Assembly: GCA_000387965.1 (NCBI GenBank)
Contig: APJZ01000002.1
Coordinates: forward strand, 60,001 to 92,000
Direction: 5' to 3'
Length of the DNA stretch: 32,000 bases
Source: Candidatus Nanobsidianus stetteri
Lineage (GTDB): Archaea > Nanobdellota > Nanobdellia > Nanobdellales > Nanobdellaceae
The notes under the pieces are model-generated. The model was not told the DNA's origin. It ran no database searches and worked only from the letters and a program-made list of their open reading frames with translations. Made by a program: the position numbers and the translations under genes. Shown here piece by piece: positions 15,062 through 22,425 of the stretch (positions within the stretch are counted from its first letter, which is position 1; each line of letters opens with the position of its first letter).

Positions 15062-16990
15062 ATGGATAACAAAGTAGTAGTAACAATAAGAAGATTGTTT
15101 AGTTTTTTAATGGGATTAGTATTATTAGGATTGGGAGTATATTCACAAGGATCAATAATAATAGAACCACAGACACAAACAATATTAGCAAATGCAGCAA
15201 ATAATCTAACATTTATAGTAAAGTTACAAGGAGTAAATCAGACTCCAGAAGAGGCAAATTTGTACTTTAATATATATGCACCAAATGGGCAGTTAATATA
15301 TCAATATTATGAACCAATATCAGTATGTACAGGATTGAACATATATCAGGTATCAGTAAATCCATTAGAATTAGAAAATTTAGTACAACAGTATAGTTCA
15401 ACAAGTTCATGTTCATCTTATACATGTTCAGTACAACAATATTATAATTTCACAGTACAGGCAAATGTAACATTATTATATCCATCAGGTTTAGAATATG
15501 TAACAGCAAATCAAACATATAATTTAACATTCGTACCATATAATTTGACATTATCATTAGTACAATTACCAGAAGTAATTTCACAACAACAAGCAGAAGA
15601 ATATGGAATAAGTGTACAATCAGTAGTATATTTACAAAATGTTGAAACAAGCATACAATCATCTACATTAACATTAACATTATATGATTCACAAGGAAAT
15701 ATTGTATACCAAACACAAGAAAATGTAAATCTACAACCAGGAGAGAATTTATTAACTGTAAATATACCAAACTATTATTTAGAAAATGTACAAGGAGAAA
15801 TGTATGTATCAGAACAATTGGATGTTGTATTATCTAATGGACAAGTATTAACACAACAAGCAGAACAATCATTCTATATATCAAATAATCAAAATGGACA
15901 AAGTGTACAAGTAATTTCAATATCACCAAACTTCAATTCATTGAACAATTTAGTAAATTCTGTATATAATGTAGAAGTATTAATGGAGAACCCAAGTTAT
16001 CAAACAGTAAATGCAACAGTTCAAATGTTATTATATGACCAATATGGAGATTTAATATACAATTTACAAGGTTCACAAGTAATATCTCCAGATTCTCAAG
16101 GAGAAGTAACATTACCATTAAATACAATGTCATTACAGCCAGGATATTATACATTAATATTATATGTATATCAAAATGGTGCAGAAGTATATCAATATAA
16201 GTATACAATAACAGTAAATGCACAAAATATACAGCCAGTAAATGTATTAAGTGTATATCCAAATACATTTAATGTAAAACCAGGACAATTTGTAGAATTA
16301 TATGCAAATTTAGAATCTAACTTACCAATGAATATACAAGTACAACCAATAGTAGAATCACAACAATTAAATATATTCCAACAATTATCAACAGTAACAT
16401 TATCACCAAACCAAGTAACACAATTACCAGTAGTAATATATATTCCAGCAAATTTAACAGCAGGATATTATCCAATAGAATTTGTATTCAATTATAATGG
16501 AATATCACAAACATATACATATAATTTATATGTAAATGGAACAGTAATAGTACCAGAACCAATAAGTGCGTCATTGGTTGGATATCTACCATTAAAATAT
16601 GGACAAAATTCAACAATATACCTAGTAATAAGTTCAAATACAACACAGATATATAATTTATTAATACAAGCATATGCTGTCGGAGGAGAAGTATATCCAG
16701 AACAACAAGAAGTACAAATAGGAGGTACATATACTGAACAAATACCATTGAATGTAACTGCAGAAAGTAATAATGTAACAGTATATGTAAATATAATAGA
16801 TCAACAAACAGGACAATTATTATATTCATTAAATGAAACATATTCAGCATCTCAAGCACCTTCAGTATCATTGCCATCATTAGGATTAATATTCTGGATA
16901 TTGGTAATATTAGCAATAATAATAATAGCTGCAGTATTAATAGAATCAAGAAGAGGAGGTAAAAAAGAAAAGGAAAAGGCTGAAGAATAA
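15062..16990 (+). CDS. secreted, C-terminally anchored surface glycoprotein candidate (S-layer/adhesin-like, repeated beta-sandwich modules)
   Basis: The signal peptide ends in GVYSQG. The protein has 642 aa rich in Q/N/Y/V/T. N-x-S/T sequons are many (NLT, NQT, NFT, NVT, NST). A recurring module core appears as NIYAPNGQLIYQYY, LYDSQGNIVYQTQ, LYDQYGDLIYNLQ and IIDQQTGQLLYSL. The C-terminus has a TM helix LGLIFWILVILAIIIIAAVLI followed by RRGGKKEKEKAEE. Confidence 0.7.
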   Translation: MDNKVVVTIRRLFSFLMGLVLLGLGVYSQGSIIIEPQTQTILANAANNLTFIVKLQGVNQTPEEANLYFNIYAPNGQLIYQYYEPISVCTGLNIYQVSVNPLELENLVQQYSSTSSCSSYTCSVQQYYNFTVQANVTLLYPSGLEYVTANQTYNLTFVPYNLTLSLVQLPEVISQQQAEEYGISVQSVVYLQNVETSIQSSTLTLTLYDSQGNIVYQTQENVNLQPGENLLTVNIPNYYLENVQGEMYVSEQLDVVLSNGQVLTQQAEQSFYISNNQNGQSVQVISISPNFNSLNNLVNSVYNVEVLMENPSYQTVNATVQMLLYDQYGDLIYNLQGSQVISPDSQGEVTLPLNTMSLQPGYYTLILYVYQNGAEVYQYKYTITVNAQNIQPVNVLSVYPNTFNVKPGQFVELYANLESNLPMNIQVQPIVESQQLNIFQQLSTVTLSPNQVTQLPVVIYIPANLTAGYYPIEFVFNYNGISQTYTYNLYVNGTVIVPEPISASLVGYLPLKYGQNSTIYLVISSNTTQIYNLLIQAYAVGGEVYPEQQEVQIGGTYTEQIPLNVTAESNNVTVYVNIIDQQTGQLLYSLNETYSASQAPSVSLPSLGLIFWILVILAIIIIAAVLIESRRGGKKEKEKAEE

Positions 16991-16991
16991 A

Positions 16992-16997
16992 TTTTTT
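16992..16997 (+). terminator. oligo-T run after the surface protein gene
   Basis: A T6 run begins 2 nt after stop codon 16988-16990. A second T5 run lies at 17020-17024. Oligo-T tracts are the usual archaeal termination signal. Confidence 0.4.
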
Positions 16998-16998
16998 A

Positions 16999-17046
16999 TC
17001 TGTTAGCTTTATTTCATCATTTTTCAGCCTGGGACGGTTTCTTCAT
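16999..17046 (-). ncRNA. candidate C/D-box-like sRNA
   Basis: The reverse strand reads AUGAAGA, then 12 nt (AACCGUCCCAGG), CUGA, AAA, AUGAUGA, 11 nt (AAUAAAGCUAA), CAGA. This is the archaeal C / guide / D' / C' / guide / D spacing. The outer C and D boxes each carry one mismatch. It lies in the only GC-rich non-coding patch of the window. Confidence 0.3.
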
Positions 17047-17052
17047 TTTGTA

Positions 17053-17102
17053 CCCCTACTAACTCAACCTTTTTCATCTATCTAAGGTTACCCTAGTAGG
17101 GG
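17053..17102. other. GC-rich bipartite hairpin abutting the stop codon of the GATase gene
   Basis: CCCCTACTA (17053-17061) pairs perfectly with TAGTAGGGG (17094-17102). The inner stem pairs AACCT (17066-17070) with AGGTT (17085-17089). There is a 4+4 nt internal loop and a 14-nt apical loop. On the reverse strand the stem is followed by U-ACA. Confidence 0.45.
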
Positions 17103-17630
17103 CTATATACATTCTAAAAAATTAATTATTATATCTTTATTTAAAACTTCTGGATGAAACAATGAAAAATATATATTTTTGTATTTATATAATACTGGAA
17201 TATTTTCTACCTTTCCAATTATATAAAATTTTTCATCAATCTTTGGGATTTTTGTTATTAAAAAATAAGCTTCAAAATCTTTATCAACTATTTTATCTTT
17301 ATTTATTATTTTTACATAATATTTTCCAATCAATTCTTTATCTTCAAAATCATAATTTAATAATTTTGTCAATATCTGGCTTCCGGAACATATTGCAAAG
17401 GTTTTTATATTGTTTTCAATTATAAATTCAAAATTTTTTATATAATTTAAATAATCAAAATCCATTATTGCAGTACCTGTTATTATTATTTTTTCAAAAT
17501 ATTCATTTATTTTATCTTTATATGAAAAAACTTTATAATTAATATTTAATTCTTTTAAAATATTTATTATTGGATATAGAAATTCATATTTTGATAGTTC
17601 TTCTTTATTTGTATAAATTATCCCAATCAT
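17103..17630 (-). CDS. class I glutamine amidotransferase subunit (stand-alone, about 175 aa)
   Basis: The nucleophile elbow is AICSGSQIL, the His-Glu pair is LFHPEV, and IIITGTAIMD corresponds to the usual ILSGGP segment. The start forms an ATGA overlap with the upstream Dph6-like gene. Confidence 0.7.
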   Translation of the reverse strand: MIGIIYTNKEELSKYEFLYPIINILKELNINYKVFSYKDKINEYFEKIIITGTAIMDFDYLNYIKNFEFIIENNIKTFAICSGSQILTKLLNYDFEDKELIGKYYVKIINKDKIVDKDFEAYFLITKIPKIDEKFYIIGKVENIPVLYKYKNIYFSLFHPEVLNKDIIINFLECI

Positions 17631-18292
17631 TCTAAATAAGCATTTTTTATAATATATTCTGCATAATTTTTTTCTACCTTTATTTCATAATCTTTTATTA
17701 TTATCCTTTTCTTAAATAATGGTTGATATAAAACAAATGTTTCATATTCTCCACCTTCTCCTGAAATGTTTATTTTATATTTTTCTTTATATTCGATTAA
17801 TTTTTTTATTATATTTTCATCAACAACTTTTCCCAAAATATTTATATCTAAAGGATATGTATACCATCCAACAATTATAAATTGAAAATTATTTTTTAAT
17901 AATTCATATAAATATTCTTTTTCATCTTTTAACCATAATGGATTAAAACACCATAGATTTAATCTTTTGCATATTCTTTGAAATCTTGATCCCTGATATG
18001 TGGATCTAATTGCTCCAGTGACAACCCCATCAATATTATATTCTTCCTTTAGATATTTTAATGCTTCAAACAATGTTTCTTCCTCATTATTATTTATATA
18101 AAATCTTTCTATAGGTATATTCAATGCTTTTGATTGTAATTCAGTTAAATTATTATTAATATAATGATATAAATAACTCTCATTATTTTTTGGAATTATA
18201 TTTAATAGTACAGATACTTCATGATATTTTGATGCAATATATAATGAATAATTTGAATCTTTTCCTCCAGAATATAATACTGCAAGTTTCAT
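17627..18292 (-). CDS. dph6: Dph6-like PP-loop ATPase (MJ0570 family, diphthine-ammonia ligase)
   Basis: The PP-loop is LAVLYSGGKDSNYSL. Other hallmarks are GAIRSTYQGSRFQRICKRLNLWCFNPLW and SGEGGEYETFVL. At 221 aa it is too short, and lacks the features, to be GMP synthase subunit B. Confidence 0.8.
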   Translation of the reverse strand: MKLAVLYSGGKDSNYSLYIASKYHEVSVLLNIIPKNNESYLYHYINNNLTELQSKALNIPIERFYINNNEEETLFEALKYLKEEYNIDGVVTGAIRSTYQGSRFQRICKRLNLWCFNPLWLKDEKEYLYELLKNNFQFIIVGWYTYPLDINILGKVVDENIIKKLIEYKEKYKINISGEGGEYETFVLYQPLFKKRIIIKDYEIKVEKNYAEYIIKNAYLE

Positions 18293-18855
18293 ACCATATG
18301 TTTTGGTATAGAACTTATTAAATTATATATTAAGTTGTATAAATAATTTTCAGGTAATTTCTGATAAATTATATTACAATAGTTTTCTGAATAGCAATAA
18401 ACATTATTATTATATAAAAATACATCCCTATTAACAATTACTATTGGATATGTAATATTTATATAGTATGTTATATTATAACATGAAGGTACGGGACAGC
18501 TTATTACTGAACACTCTATAATTGGTGAACATTCTTTAATTGTTATATTATAATAAAATGTTTGATTGCAAAATACAAATGAAGTAGTATTAATATATTC
18601 TACTAAAGGTATTATATAATTTATTCCCGGCCCTTTATTTTTTATTATAAAATATCCTTCAGTAATATTATATAAATAGCATCCATTTCCGTATAAGTTC
18701 AATAGATATACTGATATGTTTTGATTATCAATTGTAATATTTGTTTTTTCTAAAATATAGTTATTATTAAAGTTTACATTATTTAATAATAATATAAAAA
18801 ATAATACCAATATAGATATTATTCCTAGAATTATTGTATAAAAATAAGATCTCAT
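18289..18855 (-). CDS. N-terminally anchored Cys/Asn/Tyr-rich extracellular protein
   Basis: The N-terminus is MRSYFYTIILGIISILVLFFILLL. An exposed domain follows with clustered Cys (KECSPIIECSVISCPVPSCYN, VYCYSENYCN) and many N-x-T sequons. The stop overlaps the dph6-like start. Confidence 0.55.
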   Translation of the reverse strand: MRSYFYTIILGIISILVLFFILLLNNVNFNNNYILEKTNITIDNQNISVYLLNLYGNGCYLYNITEGYFIIKNKGPGINYIIPLVEYINTTSFVFCNQTFYYNITIKECSPIIECSVISCPVPSCYNITYYINITYPIVIVNRDVFLYNNNVYCYSENYCNIIYQKLPENYLYNLIYNLISSIPKHMV

Positions 18856-18894
18856 AATAAAATATTTTTAAGATTTTTTTAAAAGGTTTTAATA

Positions 18895-19071
18895 ATGGTA
18901 GAAATTGTAATAAAGGGATATGAAAATGGACCATACGAAATATCAGTAAATGGAGAAGTATTATATCATTTATGTAGATGTGGTTATTCACAAAATAAAC
19001 CATATTGTGATGGATCTCATAGAAAAATGGGATTTCAGGCAAAAGCTTTTGAATTAAAAGTTAATAAGTAA
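18895..19071 (+). CDS. CDGSH-type iron-sulfur domain protein (58 aa)
   Basis: It is not in the track (under 60 aa). It runs from ATG 18895 to TAA 19069-19071. The translation is MVEIVIKGYENGPYEISVNGEVLYHLCRCGYSQNKPYCDGSHRKMGFQAKAFELKVNK. CRCGYSQNKPYCDGSH matches the CDGSH signature C-x-C-x2-S-x3-P-x-C-D-G-S-H. Confidence 0.8.
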   Translation: MVEIVIKGYENGPYEISVNGEVLYHLCRCGYSQNKPYCDGSHRKMGFQAKAFELKVNK

Positions 19072-19189
19072 TCTTAATTTATTATTTTTTATTAAAATAT
19101 TTATCTCCTAAATCCCATATTTATACAAATATAACTATATGTAATATCATAAAATTTATTTTAAAATATTATTCTTTAATTTTATTATA

Positions 19190-21394
19190 ATGGCTAGTCT
19201 AACTGAAAGAATATTGCAAGTTATGAATAATCCGAATAATATAAGGAATATAGGTATAATTGCTCATATACACCATGGAAAGACAACGTTGACAGATTCT
19301 TTATTGGCAGGTGCGGGAATGTTGGCAGAAGAGCTTGCAGGTGAGGCGATGTTTACATGGTGGCACGAAACTGAAAGACAAAGAGAAATGACAGTATATG
19401 GAGCTGCAGTTTCAATGGTTCATAATTATGAAAATCAAGATTATTTAATAAATTTAATAGATACTCCAGGACACGTAGAATTTTCAGGACAGGTTACTAG
19501 AGCTACTAGAGCAATTGATGGTGCAATTGTTGTAGTAGATTTTGTTGATGGAATAATGCCTCAAACAGAAACTGTATTGAGGACAGCATTAAAAGAATAT
19601 GTAAAACCAGTATTATTTATAAATAAAACTGATAGAGCGATTACAGAATTAAAATTATCTCCACAACAAATTATGGAAAGAATTGGAAAGATAGTTATTG
19701 AAGTAAATAGATTAATTGATAAATATTCTCCTCCAGAATTTAAAGGAAAATGGAATGTAAATGTAAATGACGGATCTGTTGCATTTGGATCTGCAAAATT
19801 CCATTGGGCATTATCAGTACCTTTTATGAAAAAATACAATGTTTCATTTAAAGATGTAATTGAAATATATAATCAATTTTTAGAGGATAAAGAAAAATTA
19901 AAGGAAGAAATGAGAAAAAAGGCACCTGTTGCAAAGGTTGTATTAGATATGGTTATAAGACATTTACCCTCCCCAGTTGAAGCTCAAAAATATAGAATTC
20001 CTCATATATGGAAGGGAGATATAAATTCAGATGTTGGAAAAGCAATGTTAAATTTAGATTCAAACGGACCAATTGTAATAAATGTAACAAATGTAATAAT
20101 TGATAAAGTATCAAAACAAGAAATTGCAACTGCAAGAATATTTTCAGGTACATTATCAAAAGGTGATGATGTATATTTAATCCAAGCTGGAAGGCAAATA
20201 AAAATACAACAGGTTGCTATATGGAAGGGAATACAGAGAATAAATGTAGATTCTGCAAAGGCTGGTAATATAATTGCTTTAGTTGGAATAAAGGGATTAT
20301 ATCCTGGGGAAACAATTGTTGGAAAAGTTCAAGATCCAAAAAGTGTTGAAACATTCGAAGAGATGAGACATTGGTTAGATCCTGTGGTTACAAAATCATT
20401 TGAACCAAAGAATCCAAATGATTTGCCAAAATTAATTGAAACATTAGATCTATTAACAAGAGAAGATCCAACAATAAAGGTTGAACAAAAAAGAGATACT
20501 GGAGAAATCATAGTATCCGGTTTGGGAGATTTACATTTACAAATAATAGAATATAGAGTACAGAATGATTTTGGAATACCTGTAAAGGTTGGAGATCCAA
20601 TAGTAATTTATAGAGAGTCGGTTAATAAAGCTACACAGGTATATGAAGGAAAGTCTCCAAATAAACATAACAAAATATACATACAAATTGAACCTTTACC
20701 ATATGAAATATATGAAAAAATGAGAGAATATATTAGGGAAGGAAAATTACCTGAAGGTAGAATTAAAAAGGAAGATTTATGGAAAGTGTTTAATGAAATT
20801 GGGTTTGATAAAGAAGAAGCAAGGAGAATTATAATGGTACATAATGGAAATGTATTGATAGATATGACAAGAGGTATTGTTCATTTGCCAGAAGTAATAG
20901 AATACATTGTTGAAGGATTTAAGGAAGTAATGGATCAAGGTCCATTGGCATGGGAACCTGGTATAATGATGAAAGTAAAATTGATTGATGCAGTATTACA
21001 TGAAGATGCAATTCATAGAGGTCCTGCTCAAATAATTCCTGCAGCAAAGGAGGCAATTAAAAGTGCAATCCTTGAACAACCAACATTATATGAACCATTA
21101 CAAATTATAAGGATTGATGCTCCTCCAGAATCTGTTGGAGATGTAACATCTATATTACAATCAAGAAGGGGACAAATATTGGAAATGAATATTGAAGAAG
21201 AAAGAGCAATGGTTAAGGCAAAGCTACCCGTAGCAAATATATTTGGATTTACAGATGAATTAAGGTCTGCAACATCTGGAAAGGGTGTTTGGTTCTTAGA
21301 AGATCAGGTATATGAAAAAGTTCCAAAAGATTTACAGCAACAAATAATAGATTCTATTAGAAAAAGAAAGGGAATACCTGAAGGGGTTCACTAA
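19190..21394 (+). CDS. fusA: translation elongation factor 2 (aEF-2)
   Basis: IRNIGIIAHIHHGKTTLTDSLL, LINLIDTPGHVEFSGQVTRATRAIDGAIVVVD, MPQTETVLRTAL, VLFINKTDR, and the domain IV tip LHEDAIHRGPAQIIPA. The diphthamide-target His is His609, nt 21014-21016. Confidence 0.95.
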   Translation: MASLTERILQVMNNPNNIRNIGIIAHIHHGKTTLTDSLLAGAGMLAEELAGEAMFTWWHETERQREMTVYGAAVSMVHNYENQDYLINLIDTPGHVEFSGQVTRATRAIDGAIVVVDFVDGIMPQTETVLRTALKEYVKPVLFINKTDRAITELKLSPQQIMERIGKIVIEVNRLIDKYSPPEFKGKWNVNVNDGSVAFGSAKFHWALSVPFMKKYNVSFKDVIEIYNQFLEDKEKLKEEMRKKAPVAKVVLDMVIRHLPSPVEAQKYRIPHIWKGDINSDVGKAMLNLDSNGPIVINVTNVIIDKVSKQEIATARIFSGTLSKGDDVYLIQAGRQIKIQQVAIWKGIQRINVDSAKAGNIIALVGIKGLYPGETIVGKVQDPKSVETFEEMRHWLDPVVTKSFEPKNPNDLPKLIETLDLLTREDPTIKVEQKRDTGEIIVSGLGDLHLQIIEYRVQNDFGIPVKVGDPIVIYRESVNKATQVYEGKSPNKHNKIYIQIEPLPYEIYEKMREYIREGKLPEGRIKKEDLWKVFNEIGFDKEEARRIIMVHNGNVLIDMTRGIVHLPEVIEYIVEGFKEVMDQGPLAWEPGIMMKVKLIDAVLHEDAIHRGPAQIIPAAKEAIKSAILEQPTLYEPLQIIRIDAPPESVGDVTSILQSRRGQILEMNIEEERAMVKAKLPVANIFGFTDELRSATSGKGVWFLEDQVYEKVPKDLQQQIIDSIRKRKGIPEGVH

Positions 21395-21424
21395 ATTTTT
21401 ATATAATAAAAATAATTATTTTTT

Positions 21425-21595
21425 ATGGGAAATAAAATTGGTGAATGCAAATATTGTAATAGACCTGTATATGATGATGAAAAATATAGGATAATAAATT
21501 TAAATGGTGAAAAGATGATTTTTCATATATCTTGTTTTAGAAAATTAAAAAAGGAAGCAATTGATTTAGCAAAGAAAGGATTTGTTAATTTCTAA
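21425..21595 (+). CDS. small zinc-ribbon-like protein (56 aa)
   Basis: It is not in the track. The translation is MGNKIGECKYCNRPVYDDEKYRIINLNGEKMIFHISCFRKLKKEAIDLAKKGFVNF, with C-x2-C ... H-x2-C ligand spacing. It starts 30 nt after the EF-2 stop. Its stop codon overlaps the stop codon of the convergent platform gene. Confidence 0.45.
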   Translation: MGNKIGECKYCNRPVYDDEKYRIINLNGEKMIFHISCFRKLKKEAIDLAKKGFVNF

Positions 21596-22425
21596 ATCTT
21601 TGGTTGATATATATGTATCATATATAAATATGTAATATATGAAAAAGGGATAATTACAATAAAGAAGAATAATAATGAATTTAAAATATTTACATTTCCT
21701 GATGCAATTGAAAATAGGAATGCTAAAATTAATAATACCATTGGAAATGTTATAAAGAAAAAGGCATATAATGTTACCCATAAATTGACCTTTTCATTAT
21801 ATTCCTTCAATTGTATTTCATATTCTTCTAAATTTTGTTTTGCATATATTCTTGCAAAATCTTTTAAAGAACCTCCGGATCTAATTACTGATATTAATCC
21901 ATATAAAAATTCTTTGAATTTTTCTGAAGGTGTTTTTCGAGCTAATTCTAATAATGCTGATAAAATATCATATCCGAAATTATTAATTAATATTAATAAA
22001 TATGAAATTTCTTTATTTATTGCTCCAAATCTTTTTTCTTTATTTAATAATTTAAATATATCTATTATATTCATTTGGGAACCTGAATATGAATAAAAGT
22101 ATAATGCAAAAAATGGTAAATTATCTTCTATATCTTTTACATAATCTGCCTTTGCTAATGATGGATAAATATAAAAATAAATAAATGTTAAAAATCCAAC
22201 AATAATTCCAAATAAAACACTTACAGAAAATAATACTATATTATAGAAATTTAGATAGAAGATAAATATTAATGATAAAGATATAAAAGATAATATAAAT
22301 GTTAGGAAAGAATATTTCAATGTTGTTTTTATATAATCTTCAATAGAAGTTTTAAATTGTGTATAAAATATATCATATTTTTTATCCTTAAAATATGGGT
22401 ACAGTTTTTTTACTAAGAAGTTCAT
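21592..22425 (-). CDS. FlaJ/TadC/PilC-like platform membrane protein with a single T2SS-F domain
   Basis: NLPFFALYFYSYSGSQMNIIDIFKLL ... GAINKEISYLLILINNFGYDILSALLELARKTPSEKFKEFLYGLISVIRSGGSLKDF, flanked by TM helices. The start forms an ATGA overlap with the upstream ATPase. Confidence 0.75.
   Translation of the reverse strand: MNFLVKKLYPYFKDKKYDIFYTQFKTSIEDYIKTTLKYSFLTFILSFISLSLIFIFYLNFYNIVLFSVSVLFGIIVGFLTFIYFYIYPSLAKADYVKDIEDNLPFFALYFYSYSGSQMNIIDIFKLLNKEKRFGAINKEISYLLILINNFGYDILSALLELARKTPSEKFKEFLYGLISVIRSGGSLKDFARIYAKQNLEEYEIQLKEYNEKVNLWVTLYAFFFITFPMVLLILAFLFSIASGNVNILNSLLFFFIVIIPFSYITYLYMIHIYQPKI

Noticed and set aside
15450-16949. Three long minus-strand ORFs (70, 111 and 153 aa) inside the surface protein gene. 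The same applies to 8892-9215, 10800-11147, 21785-22096, 25233-25586 and other antisense track ORFs.
   Set aside because: They are shadow ORFs created by strong codon and strand bias. Their translations are L/H/I/M-rich nonsense, and each lies fully inside a well-supported gene on the other strand.
17028-17103. GC-rich patch as a tRNA or a Nanoarchaeota-style split tRNA half
   Set aside because: I could find no GTTCRAATC-like T-loop, no D-arm, and no acceptor/anticodon geometry on either strand. The pairing pattern is a simple bipartite hairpin.
18779-19042. 87-aa minus-strand track ORF
   Set aside because: It overlaps the start of the 188-aa gene and lies antisense to a clean CDGSH-domain ORF (18895-19071). 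Its sequence has no recognisable features.
21566-21781. 71-aa minus-strand ORF overlapping the 3' end of the platform gene
   Set aside because: It is an alternative frame of the same strand as the T2SS-F domain gene, has no features, and would overlap the convergent zinc-ribbon ORF.
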